The position numbers were made by a program, and so were the translations under genes. From NCBI RefSeq assembly GCF_009914755.1, contig NC_060947.1: DNA of 64,000 nucleotides; one strand, given 5' to 3'. This DNA is from the human T2T-CHM13v2.0 reference genome, Homo sapiens. A model generated the notes under the pieces. It was not told the DNA's origin. It searched no databases and saw only the letters and a program-made list of their open reading frames with translations. Below, piece after piece: positions 32,161 through 46,740 of this stretch. Within the stretch, counting starts at the first letter, position 1, and each line of letters begins with the position of its first letter.

Positions 32161-33218
32161 GCAGAAACAAAAGTTAAAATAGACCCAGATTTGAGAAATG
32201 GATTGAACTGTGAAGAAAATTCAAGTCCCTAGTCAAGGAGATTTAAGATCTCTTAAAAGGGATGGCTTTGTTGGCCCTGCACTGTCACATCACACAAAGG
32301 CCAGAAGCCACCTCCTTTACCCGAGGCTAGCTGAGGCACCATATCACCATGATCACCCCTGTCCTGGGACCTTATGGGGCAAAGGCTACAACTAGAGTCA
32401 TATAGTACAGGAGCTCCATGAAAATTGGGTATATGAGTTGTATAGCCAGGGAAAGGCAGGAAGTTGTCTCTCTCTGAACCCTGAAATAAAGGATGAGATC
32501 ATCTCCAAGCTTGAACCACTGAGGCCACAGAAACAGGTCAGTAATGTGAGAGGTCAAGGTCAAATGGAAGAAACTGGGAAGTTCATCAGGGAAGTGGAAA
32601 GTGTCATAGCTGGAGGTAGAAGGTGTGGAAGAGATGTGGGGAACACATTTCAGATGTTGAACTGGTCTTAAGAAAATAAAGAGAACTTACTGTCATGCTG
32701 TTAGCTTATAGCCTATCAGCAAGTACACTAACTCTGTGTTTGTTTTTTTTAACAGTTGAAATGTGCAACTACTTAAGTTCAGTCACGTGGGATAAACCAC
32801 TAAGGACTTAACCAATTAGGAAGGAAAAAATTATTTACTGTTTTCAAGCCCAGCAAATCTCATACATTGTCCAAGTTCCCAATGTGTCACTGTCACAGCA
32901 GCCACTGGTCACTGCCAATCTTAAGCCCATTTTTTAGATGGGCAGTGGGAAGGTATCCTCCAGTTTTTCCGACTTCCATCCATATAGAGTAGGCTCTGTC
33001 CATTGGGTACAGGGCCACCTGGTTGGGCTCTTTCAGTTGCACTTCTCCTTCCAGATCCTGGAAAGTTGTTCATACACTGTGGATTTCAGCACTGGGATCA
33101 CATCCAGACATGCACTGGTTAGACCTCTTTGCTCTCAGAGAGAAGAAATTGAATGGAGGGACAAACAGATTCCTTGAGAGAAAAACAATTAAATATTCAT
33201 TGAAAAATTAGAAATACA

Positions 33219-33557
33219 CTAGTCCTCCCATTATCTTCAGGGATATGTTTCAAGAACCCCAGTGGATGTCTGAGACCACAGATAGTACCTAATCATATAT
33301 ATAGTGTTTTTTCTATACATACACACCTCAGATAGAATTTTATTTATAAATTAGGCACAATAAGAGATTGATAACAACTAATAATAAAATAGAACAATCA
33401 TAACAATATACTGTAATAAAAGTTATATGAATGTAGTATCTCTTTCCCTCTCAAAATATCTTATTTTACTGTGCTAACATGTTTTCAGATCGTGGTTGAC
33501 CTTAGGTAACTGAAACCGAGGAAAGCAAAACTATGAATAAGGTTAACACCATTGTAC
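33219..33557. mobile_element. MER44A-like (Tigger7-derived) MITE
   Basis: cccagtggatgtctga...gatagtacc; ataaattaggcaca.taagagatt; ggtaactgaaacc.aggaaagc. Confidence 0.85.
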
Positions 33558-35769
33558 CCATTGCTTGTCCAGTGGAACAAGTAATAAGGTCAACAAGATA
33601 CTTTAGGAATAAGAAATGGAAAAGAGCACGTTAGAGGTTTACTGTCTTTACTATACTTTTATTCTTGAAGTCCACTCCAGAAAGACTGTGATTTGAGTGA
33701 AACCATAATATAATGAGGCCTACCTGATATTTATGGTAATTAACGAGGTCAAGAGGGCTCCAGATTCTGGTGCATTCTGTTTCATTTCTGGGATTTCTTG
33801 TTGCATTGTTGCAAATTTTTTGGCTTAAAATTATCATAAATGACGGTGATTGATAGTTGCTGTTTCTGGTTTTATTTAAAAAATACCATTTATAAAAATT
33901 AATAATCCTGCATCTAAAAATCAAAATTTTATCATTTTCTAATGTCTTTTCTATTTTAAAAATGTACTATAAAGTTGAATTAGTTAGATTTCGGTCAATA
34001 ATATCAAGTAACTTACTATTCACATTAGACGCTGTTTTGATTTCAGATTAATTGATGTTTCACAGTAGGATCTATGACCATAAAAATATAGTTGTCCACA
34101 AAAAAAGAAAACAAATCATGGAATTGGAAACACTAAAAGACATGAGAGGGAAAGGATGATTAGTTTTAAAATAAATACGTTCATTGTAATGAAAGAAGTG
34201 TGCGTCAGATGACCAGGAGGTAGGAATATGGGAAACTTAGACTATTCTCACTGGGACCAATTCTAAATGCCTTTTCCATTTCCTTGTCAAGCATTCATTT
34301 CCTTAACAATGATTACATATAGGCACAACTCTTCCTCCACATTTGTATTGTATTTGTATTCATTTAAAGCTATGTGAAGAAATGACCAGGTGTATGTATA
34401 TCAAGCACATCATTACTGCAGTTTTAATCTTTCTGTCTCCTTGTTTTTACAACTACAAGTTGAATCTTCTGGTTACACTGAAGCAAGTGCATGCCTACCA
34501 ACTTACTCTCATCATGGTGGAATTTTGGTTATCCTTGGACATCATCATCATGATACATCATTTCTATATCTGTTTTGGAGTGTCCTGTGCTTGGGAACTC
34601 AATGGAAAATGGAACACCATAGCCTCAGAAATAGGTACCCTGAATAGCTGAAACATTGGTAGAATGAGCAGGCTTAGCTTATTCTTGCTGGAGCTTGGAG
34701 GGCTAAGTGTAGACTCATGACTTAGGTGTTGACTGAGACACAGATCAAGAGGTCAGAGTAGAGAAGGAAGGCATCAGGAAGTTATTTGCCCTCCCCCACT
34801 GCTCTTCTTGGAGCTGGCTCGCTAAGCTTTATCTGTGACTTTAAATTTTAGTCAAATCCATCTTTATGGACTTCTTGGTGAATTTTCATAGACAGTCTTC
34901 ATAGAGACGTTTTGCCCTTGTGCCTTTGAATGAAGATGCTTGCAGATAGATGGAAAAAGTCTAAGAATTTCCAGCTTAGACACCCCCTTCCTGAATTTGA
35001 GTCCTATTTTGTCAGTTTCCCACGTTAGCAATAGATGTTGATTGACAAGATGACCAGCACTGTTATATTCGCTGCCATGTGCTTATTTTTTGTAATATAG
35101 AAAATCTCAAAACTGTTGTAGCTGGGAGCCCTTCCCCAATGTTCTCCTGATGGACACAGTATCTGTAGCGTCAGAAAATTCTCCTTCATAGGAAGTATGG
35201 GTACCTCCTCCCTTTGTGGTCTGAAGGACTCACATGTACAATGGGGCCAAAAGTGACCCCAAATCATACATCTAAAGTATAGTGATGGCTCAATGTCAAC
35301 TAAAGGAAAAACTGAAATTAAAAAGCATTTAGTAGAAAGAATACCTACAACAGTTTATACTCACATTCCAACTTAGAAGAATGCAGCTAAGCTATTTCTC
35401 TTGAGTTTCCAAAAGCTGGTCTTAAATGTCAGCAGTACCAGGGGATTGAGGATAGTGGAATAAAGATTCTCTTAGAAATTTTTTTTCAGTGTAGCTCTCA
35501 CCTTTAGATTTCACCTTTTAATATTAGTCTGTAAAGTGAGTATTACTGCATGGTATGTCTACAGTCTGTCAAAATTCAAAATGTCAGTTGATTCATGTCC
35601 AAACAAACATAGGTGGAAAAATATTAAAACAATATGAAGATCTGTGCTTATGTCATTTCTGAATCATTTTCTTTTCAACTTTTCTCTAGTCTACATGTTT
35701 CACACTTTTCCCCCTCTCCTTTCAAGCTTTCTTATCTTTGGTAAATAAGAATAGGAATCTCTTTAAATT

Positions 35770-35970
35770 CATCAAGACCAAGGTTAAAATACTCGCTTTG
35801 GAACCTACTGACTGTATGGCTTTGAGCACGCCATGAGCCTCAGTTCCCTCCTTTATAAAATGATATGATGCATCACTGGGTTGTTGTGAGGATTAATGTG
35901 GTAATTTACATAAGGTGTAATGTCTGGCATATGGTATGCACGAACCATGATTATTACATTATTATAATCC
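35770..35970 (+). mobile_element. MIR
   Basis: tgagcctcagttccctc.tttataaaatg...gggttgttgtgaggattaa. Confidence 0.8.
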
Positions 35971-36378
35971 AGATGTCAACGAGGGCCTCCTGGTCCCTGA
36001 GAGATTTAGGTAAACTTTGCTCAAATCTCCAATTTCATGATCCTTCAGAGTACAAAGTCCTTTCCAAAATTCTTACTTCTTCTTGTCTCTGCATTTGGTT
36101 CTGCATCTTACACTGAATTCTTCCCCTTGAAAACCTAGGTGCAAATGCCAGCCCCTTTACCAATTTCTGGAAAAAAAAAATCAAACGGCACTATTTAGTT
36201 TTGAGTTAATACAAGACTTTTCTGACTGCTTCAGAAGTCATAAGAAAGGGGTGCTACACAGTGAAGAGGAAAGACTTCCATATCTTGCTTGGTTCATCAG
36301 AACCCACATCTGCGCCCTCTTCTCTGTCAGCCTTCTCCTCCTTTTTCTCCCCAGTGCTCATTCAGTAGTTTCCATCCC

Positions 36379-36558
36379 TAGTGCTCTAAACTCTTGCTAC
36401 ATGAAGTGCATATGCCATCATTACTGGCATCACCTGGAGGTTTGATGGTAATGCAGATTTCTGGCCCCACCAGAAATTCAGACCTACTTAATCAAAATCT
36501 GTAGTTTAAACGGGATTCCTAGTGACTCTTGCACAGGTTAAAGACTGAAAAGTGCTGA
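36379..36558. mobile_element. MER5A-like
   Basis: catcacctgg...aatgcagatttctggcccca...gacctact.aatca.aatct. Confidence 0.7.
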
Positions 36559-37974
36559 TCCACCTCATCTTCTCAGGCCTGTTAGGGCTCAACGTCTACC
36601 CCAGTAGCTGTATCAAAGTTAAGAGAATAAAAAGTCACTATTTTATACCCTACCTTTCAACACATTATGCGGTGACCAGGTGAATGGTGTTTCTTTCATG
36701 TCCACTTCTCAGTAGGCTCTATTTGTCACTGATTTTGGGCCCATTGACAATGATGAATCAGCTTTGTTTTAGCTGACATAAGTGTATTCTTCACTCAATT
36801 GTTCTTAACCACCTTGTTTTGTTATGCTCCCACTACTGGGGGCTGTGATTCTCAGTGCAGCCCGTGATTCTGACAATGTATTAATTGGCTGATAAAGATA
36901 AATGAGGATGTCTCTCTAGGTACACCTAAAACACCAACTTTTAAGACAGAGGAATAAAAAGAATGACATATGGCTTCTTGTGAATTCAGTTTGTGACATT
37001 CATACAGCTTCACGATGCATAAATAAACTACTAGAAATTTAGAAGTAAAAAGCAAAAGTTCATTTATCCAAGTCATTTGAAAAAACATCATGAAACAAAG
37101 TACAAAAAAGCTGCTAATCCCCACTGATAAAAACTATCAAATAGGAAGGGTCACAGACTTGGAAATGATATCTCTAGTTAAAGTAAGAGGATGAAGCTGC
37201 ATTGTGGTTTCAAACTGTGGCCACGTTGACATTTGCTCTCTGAGCTCCTTTTCAATCCCTTATCTTTAGCCAACCCAGTTGTCAGATTTTAGGATAGTCT
37301 TCTTAATTGACAAACAAGAAATGGTGTGCCCATGAACAGTGCTGTGAATAGAAGCCGCTTATGGAAGCCAAAGCACATTAGAGATGGCATTTGGAAAAAT
37401 GGATCCAGGTGACATGATGTACAGAGATAGTGGATATAGGGTTTTTAGAATGATGGCGAGAAAATTAAAGTGGAAGCCAAGTAAAATTTACTTTAAATAG
37501 AATTAGAAAAGTTCAATTATATATGAATGGTTGATAGGTTAGGAGAAAAAATAGAAGAGAAATAAAACATTGATTACTTGAGTTGATAATTAAGACTAAA
37601 GGACAGGCTAGTTACCTTTGTAGGGATCAACTTTTCATGGCTGACATTGAATCAGGATGATTGACACCATCATTCTGTGTTTTGACACCACTGCCCTACA
37701 GTGAACTAAGTAAAGCTGTGATATCTGATAACCATTTATTATTTCTTGACAAGATATCACCAATTTTGATAAAGCTAGACAGATAAAGCAGATTCTTAAA
37801 TATATTCAGAGAAATACATTTTTCCAATATATTCTATTCAATGCCAATTACAATTTTTCTCATAAGGTTTTGAATCTTTTTATCAATTCACTGTCACTTT
37901 CATTTCAACCTCTGGGCATTTCTTTGGTCATGCATTTTAATACTTTGAGTGTTCTCAGGAAGGGGAGCACATAA

Positions 37975-37999
37975 TGTGTGTGTGTGTGTGTGTGTGTGT
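37975..37999 (+). repeat. (TG)n
   Basis: About 12 perfect units. Confidence 0.9.
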
Positions 38000-38583
38000 A
38001 TGCATGCCTTCAGTCTTCTTATTTTTTACAGCATTAGTTTCTCAGTGACTGAACTAATGTGCATTGCTCATGCCTTCCCTAGAATATGTTTCTTTCTTAG
38101 AAACAGGCTTTCTCTTAAGAGAAAAAAACAAATCTGTTTTTCATTATTTGTTCAAGTTTCTGAATGGAGGATCAAATAATGTAAAAGAAAATAAATACAT
38201 TAAAGTTTTGCTTTAAAGTCAGCAAAACCAAAGTGGTGATTATTTTAAAGGATATGGTTATAATTATAGACTTGCTGCAAAATAGTTTTAGTTATTCCAT
38301 GCTTAATTCTATATTCATTTATGATATCAGTTTACATTTATGGTATTTTCCTGATAGTTTTCAATGTTTACTACCATTTTCCAAATCCAAAATGAGAGAA
38401 ACAGAGACAGAAAGAGATAAAAACAGTCAAAAGGCATTCCTAAAGTACGTATGCAAATTTACAATTTTTCCATTTAAAAAATCTTACTACTTTTTATTTC
38501 TTTTTCTGCTCTTATTTTATTTAGTCTCTCGCATGATCCACATTTTTTTGGAATAAGAAAGCAGTAAATCAAATTGTGTGAAA

Positions 38584-38655
38584 ACACACACACATTCACA
38601 GGCACACACACACACACACATATATATATACACACACACATACACCATACACACA
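38584..38655 (+). repeat. (CA)n/(TA)n compound microsatellite
   Basis: Read directly from the sequence. Confidence 0.9.
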
Positions 38656-40229
38656 GACCATACTGTATTATTTTGTGACATCCCATCCTTGTGAATATTC
38701 TTGTGTTGCCCCAGGAAAGATGTAGAACCATCTTTCTCTGAAGTATAGTCACATTTCACCAAACTGAAAACTATCTGCATATTTGGGGATAATATTTCTA
38801 CTGCCATTTTACTGAATATAGTGCTTCTTTTGCCATTACCAAGTCAGATCCATGCCAACCAGTATGTTTATCAAACACAAATTTGGGACACAAGGTGTGA
38901 CAAACTAGACAAGGTGTTCCGAAGGAACAACTAGACAAAATATTAAAAATCAGGCATGTCTTGCCAAATTTGCAACATAGGATTGCTAAATCTGCAGTGC
39001 AAAATGTTCACTCTGTCCTTGATCTCTCCTCTCAAACTTCTTTACCGTTGAAGCCAAGCATTTAAATGGCTTTGTCCTCACTCCGTTTTGCCTTCACACT
39101 TCCAAATGTTTTTCTGACCATGCCCAAGTTTCTCATCATACGCATTAATACTGCACTATTTAGTCTTGGAAGGTATTTCTTGCCTTATTATTATCCCTTC
39201 TGGGAAGCATAAGGATAATGTAAGATAAAAGTAGAATATGTGCATAAAAGAGGATACTTTTGGTGGTGATCATTAATGATGATATAAATGCAGAGATGCC
39301 AGAAGTAGAGAAGTTAGTCTAGATTGAGCAGAGTTCACTGAACACTGAATAATTGATTTGGTAGCGATTCTATAAGAATGAGACATTAGGAAAAGCATTG
39401 CATAGGAAAAAATGCAAAGCCTGTTTGGAAACAATCAAGATATGTGAATGCTAAAGAGTGAAGAGTTGGAAATGATTCCACAATTTTTAGGTAATCAGTC
39501 TGTTTGAAAAAAAAAACCTGATTCAAAAGGCAACTTTATTTTTCATTCTCTCTCAAGGTCACTTTAAACATTTTTAGTATGGGCTAATTTTTCTTCACTC
39601 CTAGTTGAAATCTCTTACAGAGCTCATGGGTTCTGTTCACTCTCAGGTAATAGAGTCCCATGATCACTTTAGTTTGCAAATACAATCTCAATTCAGTTAT
39701 TAGAATAGCTAGCTGCAATACATTAATCAAAACTTCAAACTTGACTTAGCATTAAATCTTCTTTGTAGCTCAGGCCTGATCCAGGTCAGACATATAAAGC
39801 TGAGCCTTTCTTTAAGGGGTGCTGCTTCCCTTCTAGGGATATTTTTATGTCTTTGATCAGGCTGAGGGGTTCAATAAATATGAAATTGGTCCCACTTTGT
39901 TTTGCTTGTAAATTCAGCAGTTGGAGAAAGGGGGTCTGTTTCACCTTTATCAAGACACTCTGGTGTCTTGGTATCTGTTCTATTTGGCACCTCACTTAAA
40001 TTTGAGGAAAGGGGAGTTCCATTATGACACCCAGTTACAATGTGCTGCCAAACTTGGCCAGGAGGTTGAAAAAGAGAGGGGACAGTATGAACATCACTCA
40101 GATGGCTGGTCAAGAACTGTCAGAGATTTAAATCTTATCACAGGTGTGTATTAATAACATCATGTGAGATCTAAATAGCTCCTAATAAGATTTTACTGCA
40201 CGTTATTTTACTAATATCATTTTTTATAA

Positions 40230-40430
40230 CTTACTGAATGCCTACTATGTGCCATCATTTTCTAGGTGTTCTGCACATGTGCTTATATGTGTTAAACGAA
40301 CATAAGTACACTAGATGCTAGCCCTTCTTTTCAGGTTAGGGAACCAAATTGCACAAAGTTTGAGTTACTTCCCTAAGGCCACATAATTAAGTAGTAAAGC
40401 TGAAATTTTAATCTTATGTAAACTGAAATT
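40230..40430 (-). mobile_element. MIR
   Basis: ttactgaatgcctactatgtgcca; gttacttccctaaggccaca. Confidence 0.65.
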
Positions 40431-40699
40431 GATAAAACATAAAAGCTATGTTATACAGAGGGAACAAGGATTGACAAGCACTGCTAATTGCCTTTTGTTT
40501 TATTCCTACAACTATAGTAGACCAGCTCAGGACTGACTCCCATCACTCCCCCTTTTCGCCTTGGTATTGCTAATTGCCTTTCCACCTTGAGACTGAGTCT
40601 TTTAGACTAAGCAGTATTTACAAAAAAACACACACCAAGTTAATTTTATGTAAAGCATGATCTGAATACACATACAAAGAAAAAATTTGTAAGACTACT

Positions 40700-41066
40700 A
40701 CAGTTTTAATATCCTTTATCCAAAGTGCTTAGGACCAGAAGTGTTTGGGATTTTGGGTTGTTTTTTAGATTTTGGAATATTCACATATACATAATGAGAT
40801 ATCTTGGGGATGAGACCCAAGTCTAAACATGAAATTCATTTATGTTTTGTATCTATCTCTTCCACCCATAGCCTGAAGGTAATTTTGTACGGTGTTTTTA
40901 AATAATCTCGTGCATGAAACAAAGTTTTGACTACTTTTTGACTGTCACCTGTCACATGATATCAGGAGTAGAATTTTCCACTTCTGGTCACATGTTGCTT
41001 CTCAAAAAGACTCAGATTTCCTGCATTTTCAATTTAAGATGTTTGGATTAAGGATGCTTTATCTGT
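40700..41066. mobile_element. Tigger4b (Zombi/MER46)-like
   Basis: TA-flanked; ccagaagtgttt...ttttggaatatt, gacccaagtctaaacatgaaattcattt; degenerate TIRs. Confidence 0.85.
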
Positions 41067-41710
41067 ATATTAACCAGAGATGAATGGATGTGTCTCAAGC
41101 GAGAGATAATAGATGTCAGTACACTATTGTTTCCTAGTTCAGATTTCTTTTGTACTATAATACTTTATATATCATTTTGATGTATCATGATCTCATGTAA
41201 GGAATCTATTTCTACTTATCCAACTCACTAACTTAATATTCTGCACTCTGTCTGTAAAGCAAGCCAAGACATACTCATGCAAGACGCGTGGCTAGTAGAC
41301 CACATTATTGTTGGCCCACTCACATATGGAGATATTTACCAGGAAGGGTTTGTGTTTGTTGTGATACCGCATTGTGATATTGCACATGTTCTAGTAATTG
41401 TTAAATTAACTGTGGAAGAAGAAATGGTAGAGCTTTGGAAATAATTGGACAAAAATCTAGATGCAGCCCAAATCCAGAATAACTCCAAATCATCTAAATT
41501 TTCTTTCTTCTTAAAAATCAAACAAACAAATGAACAAAAAGAATAATAATTGATTCACGAAAGATATTAGGGAACTTCTATCTGTGGACCTTTATTCAAA
41601 GAAAGTCTCTTGAGCCTGTATCACATGATTGGTCAATTGATGCTCATACTCTGAGAAAGTCTTATTTTATGTTGAAGAACAAGGGTTGAGAATGTTTGAG
41701 TGTGACACTA

Positions 41711-41743
41711 AACACACACACATACACACAAACACACACACAC
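41711..41743 (+). repeat. (CA)n
   Basis: Read directly from the sequence. Confidence 0.85.
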
Positions 41744-42250
41744 CCCAAAGATAAAGTTGGAGCCCTTGCCAGGGTACCCCTGTGTCCCATGAAGGGTGCA
41801 AATCACCAAAGGCCTGGGTCAGGCAACCATCAGACTTTAGAGAACCAGAGTTAAACTAGAATCCCTATGGCAACAACACAATGGCATTAGAACAGGACTT
41901 TCTAGCCCTCTATAAGGATAACTTTTGGGAGGAAAACGGATTTATTTGGATCAAGTAAATTATCTTTTTGCTGATTGCAAGCTAAAGGGCTTAAAAAGAA
42001 GAAACTGGATGTTCTGCTAATAAAGATATGTGAGGTTTTAAACAATGCATTAGAAAAATAAAAGAGATGTGACCGTGTTTACATCTCAACCTACTGAGGA
42101 AGGTCGTACACATTAAACCTGATTTTAGGACATATTATTAGATTGAATGTAAATCTAGCTATCTTTACAAAAGATTATTTAGTATCACTTTATTTGCAAA
42201 TGGAAGAAGATACAGACTTAGAGAAACAATGATTTTATAAAAAAGAATTA

Positions 42251-42486
42251 TAGATTGAGCATCCCAAATTAGAAAATTTGAAATTTGTAATGCTTCAAAA
42301 TCCAAAACTTTCGAACATCCCCAAAAAGGTGCTCAAAGAAAATGCTCACTGGAACATTTCAGATTTTGTATTTTTGGATTTGAGATGATCAATAAAGTAT
42401 AATGCAACTCTTCTAAAGCCCCCGAAAATCTGAAATCTGAAACATTTTTTATCACAAGCATTTTGGATAAGGGATACTCAACCTGT
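42251..42486. mobile_element. Tigger4a-like MITE
   Basis: TIRs (t)agattgagcatccc ... gggatactcaacctg, TA-flanked. Confidence 0.85.
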
Positions 42487-45469
42487 ATAATGTCTTGCAT
42501 TTAACATTATTTTCTTGCTTTTGGTTTATCCAATAATTCCACTTATAGGTACATACCCTAGAAATATTCTTTATAGTTAAAACATAGGCTTTCTTGCTTT
42601 GGCTACCACAGTGAGCCAATGTCTGTACTTAGTTCCACCCAGCTTATTTGTTTTTAGCTTCATAAATATTCTGTAAATATGTAGTTAAAACACCTAAGCT
42701 AAAGCAGGTGCTTATAACCCTTCCTCCCTCATGAAAAAGAAGGAAAAGAAGTATGAGAGAGCTCTGGCATTGGGCCAGAGCATTACTTCTTCATGAGCAG
42801 TGCAATGAATGCAGCTAATTGAAGACATGTAAGGGACTGCATCCTGGGGAGAAACCCGGCAAAACACATCAACAGATTTTCAACCCTAAGGTGCAGACCA
42901 GGAAGTAAAATCCAGGCCTATGGCAACCAGATGGGACTGAAGGAATGAGATGATATCTAGAGGGTCCACAATGAAAAGTGGAGAGGTAGAATACTGAGAA
43001 ATCCTCTGAGAAGAAGCAGTAGCTGCCATGGATTTTTACAAGATGTACAAGACTTCACACTTGTTCAGGAGGGAGCTGTCACTAGCTCTCACATAGCTTG
43101 GACAGTGGTGGGTAATTTCTCAGCTGAAGAAATTTTTTTTTCAGTTTCCACTGGGTTCATGCACAGTGTTCTAACTTTGTGAAAACACCAGTGGGAGTGG
43201 GATGGGGTTGGGATGGGTATTGCAACCTGGTGTAGATAGGTCCTCAGAGGTTGCTATACCAAATCACCATATAGATGGTAAATGAGTTCCTCCACACCAA
43301 AGAAGCAAGTTCACATTGGGCAGCTTCTGCCTCTGAGCAAATTACCAACTCTAAAACCATGTTTCTTCCCAATTAGTTCTTAATAGAAGTACAACATACT
43401 TATAACAAAGGGTGTATAAATATAAGCAACAACAATTAACTGAACACTCATGTGCCCAACCCACATTTAGAATAGAATTATTATCAGCACCTTAAAACCC
43501 CTGTATGCTCTTCTTCATATTCCCCTCTCTATTCAGCTTAGAGGTTCCACAGTACAAAATTTTATATTAATTTTCTCTTGCTTTTACTTTGTATTTTTCC
43601 CACAAGAACAATGTGCTATTTAGCTTTACTTCATTTAGTGCTATATGAATGTAATTCTACAGCACGCATTTTTCTGTGACCCTTTTCTGAGTTTCTTCCA
43701 CAATGATACAGGTAGTTGCTATCCATTCATTTCTTCTGTTGTATAATATTCCAATGTATATTCATACAATGAGTAAATATGTGTCCATTCTTTTGTGGAA
43801 GGCCATTTGAGCTAGTTCCATTTATTGCTTTTAAGAACAATGCTGCTAAGAATATTCTTGTAAGCATTGCTTAGGGTGTATGTGCAAGCATTATGTACTC
43901 AGGAGTGGAATTATGGGTTATAAAGTATAATCTTATTTACTTTTATTGGACAATAGTGAACTGTTTTCCAATTTATACTTCTACCAGTACTGAATGAAAT
44001 AAATTTTATGTTGATCCATGTTTTCATGAGCATTGAGTTATTGAGAAGCTTTTGCAATAACGTCTCAGAATTGTCCACCTGGGGGAAGAAGGAAGGAAGG
44101 ACTGATTGATCCACGGGTTCTTCTACCCTTCTGGTGAAGACAGACTCATGTGCTGCTAGCTAACTACCTTGTACTTTTAGGTTTCATATATGTGAATGCA
44201 GGTGAGTTCATGCAGGCAACCATAGACAGCATGGATTCTGGAAAGGAGAGGTACAGGGTGTACCCTCAGGAGAGGGAGCTCTTTAAGGTAACTCCTGAGC
44301 AAGCTCATTAAAGACAGTATGGAAGCAGTTGCTAAAGCAGGGGATGAAATAAGAGTTGATACATAAGAGAGTACAACATTTTTTTGTATTTCTTGTGTTA
44401 TTTTTTGTTTGTAGGTATCCTTTATCGAGTTATTAGTTATCTTTTGATTTTTATTAGCTTTAATGAAATAAAATATGCATACAGTAAAATTAACTTTAAG
44501 AGTACAATTCAATGAGTTTTTACTAATGTGTAGTCATTTGACCTCCACCCTCATCGTGATATAAAATATTTTCATCAACTCTATAAGTTTCCTCATTTTC
44601 CCTTGCAGTCAATAACCTTCTGACAATGGCTGATCTGCCTTCCATAGTTAATAATAGTGGTTAATGATTCCCTTTCATTTCTAATTAAAAAAAAATTCAC
44701 ATCAGGAAAGGATGTTGAATTATATCAAATGTGTTTTATTAATTTATTGATACGTTCATCTTGGGTTTTTCCTCTTACAGTCTCTTAAAGTAGTGAGTTG
44801 CACTAATACTTTATTACTATTTAAATAATTCCTTAGATAGCAATTTGATGATGATTTTTTAAAATAAACAAGACTATATTCATATTGCTACTAGTTTGCT
44901 TATGAGTAAACATCTATATTCATGAAATGTTCTCGTAACTTTGCATCTCACACTCTTTGGGAGGAAGTCACTATACACGGTTCACACTTAGGAGTGGAGA
45001 GTTATCATCTACCTCCTTGAAGGATGAGTATTTACATAAGTTATTTGTAAATCTTCTGCACAAGAGATTTATTTATTTTCTTCCAAATATTTATTTAATC
45101 ACTTATTTATGTAGCTATGGACTCATAGATATTTATTTTATAGTTTGGGTTACAATCCAATGCTACATTATTTTGTTGCTCATATGTTGGTTCCTGTGAT
45201 CCCTTCACACATCACAATCATTGTACTTTGTTTCATTTTGTTTTTTCAAACACTTCCTTACTTTCTAGCACTACAAGATGCTCTACGCTCATCTTGTACA
45301 TTTCTAGCCCAAGTCCTAGAATCAACTATTTCTCAGGGAAGCCCAGTCCTATACATTTTTAATACACTATTCTTTAAAAATTTTTGCTATTAAGGTTTTT
45401 ATGGAATCATTGAATAATTTGAAGTATTCCTTCTTTTTCTTTACTTGCCTGTAAAGCCATCTGATTCTA

Positions 45470-45520
45470 GTGTGTGTGTGTGTGTGTGTATGTGTGTGTC
45501 TGCGTGTGTGTGTGTCTGTG
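45470..45520 (+). repeat. (TG)n imperfect
   Basis: Read directly from the sequence. Confidence 0.9.
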
Positions 45521-46124
45521 TTTTTGGTAGAATAAACTATTGATGTTATATTTTAATGATTTTTAATTTTTTTAATTGAACCAATTAAGGTGGGTTATAT
45601 TTTTTTAGAAATTTTCCCCATTTCATCTAATATTTTAAATTTATTGACAAAATTATTTATAGTATCTCATCTTTTTAATCACTTTAGTATCTGTGGTTAT
45701 TTCATCTCTTTCACTTCTAATAGTCTATTTTGTCTTCTCTATTTTATTTGATTTATTATTATGACTAAGGATTTATTAGTCTTTTCAAAGAATGGTTTTT
45801 GGTAGGCTTTGTTGGCCTCTTTTGTTCCAATTTTTTAAATAATCTTTATTATTTATTCCCTATTATGTGGGTGAGGTTTGCTCTGTTGTTTTTATTCTGA
45901 GGTTGGATACCTAGTTAGTTATTTTTAAATGTTTATTGTTTTCCAATATACATACTGAAGGCTTTAAAAATTTCTCTAAGTACAACTTTAGCTATATCCT
46001 ACAATTTTGATGTGTATAATTTTTGTTATTTAGTTTGAAATAGCTTATAATTTCATTATGATTTTTTCATTTATGTTTTTTTCTAACTCAAAGGTTATAT
46101 CAAATAGTGCTTTAAATTGCAAAA

Positions 46125-46740
46125 TTCATTCATTTTTTATTTATTCAACCAGTATTTGTCACATATGTAGAAAGTACCAGAAACTATTCTAGTCATTAGT
46201 GTTATAACAGTAAATATAGCAGAATGAAAACTATAGGAATTGGGAGTTTACATTCTAGAGAGGGGAGACAGATGATAAGATATGTAATATTGTATATGGT
46301 GTGAAATGATTTGGAGAAAAATAAAGTATGGATGAGGGATAGAGATTGAGTTATCAAGAAGGTGTTTGGCGAAGGCCTCAGTAAAAAAAACAAAACAAAA
46401 CAAAACAAACTTTTGTAAAAGACCTAAAGGATACGAGGGAGCGAGTGTTCAGATATTTTCAGAAAGGATCCTGACAGAAGAAATAGCAAGTGAAAAGTTC
46501 AGAGGTGGAATCAGGTTTAATGTGGTAATGGAACAACAGAGGCCAGTGTATCTGGAGCAGACTGAATAAGGGAGAGGGGAGGAGATGACATGATGAGGTA
46601 AGAGAGACAAAACCAGAAGCCACTGAGGGAATATGAAGAGAGGTAGGACTCATCCAGCTAAGATTTTCACAGGATCATTATAGTTGTGGAGTTGAGAATA
46701 AACAATGTGGGGAAAAAGGAAGCAAAAAGACCATATTTCC
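46125..46740 (-). mobile_element. L2 fragment
   Basis: attcattcatt...attcaacc tail, then acattctag...ggagacaga and a purine-rich body. Confidence 0.7.

Noticed and set aside
32780-32791. 12-mer CAGTCACGTGGG also present in the promoter (28246-28257)
   Set aside because: Shared 12-mers are expected by chance at this window size, and there is no flanking similarity.
34343-34651. Overlapping 102-aa and 85-aa ORFs in unique sequence
   Set aside because: Non-ATG starts, no recognisable homology and no exon structure.
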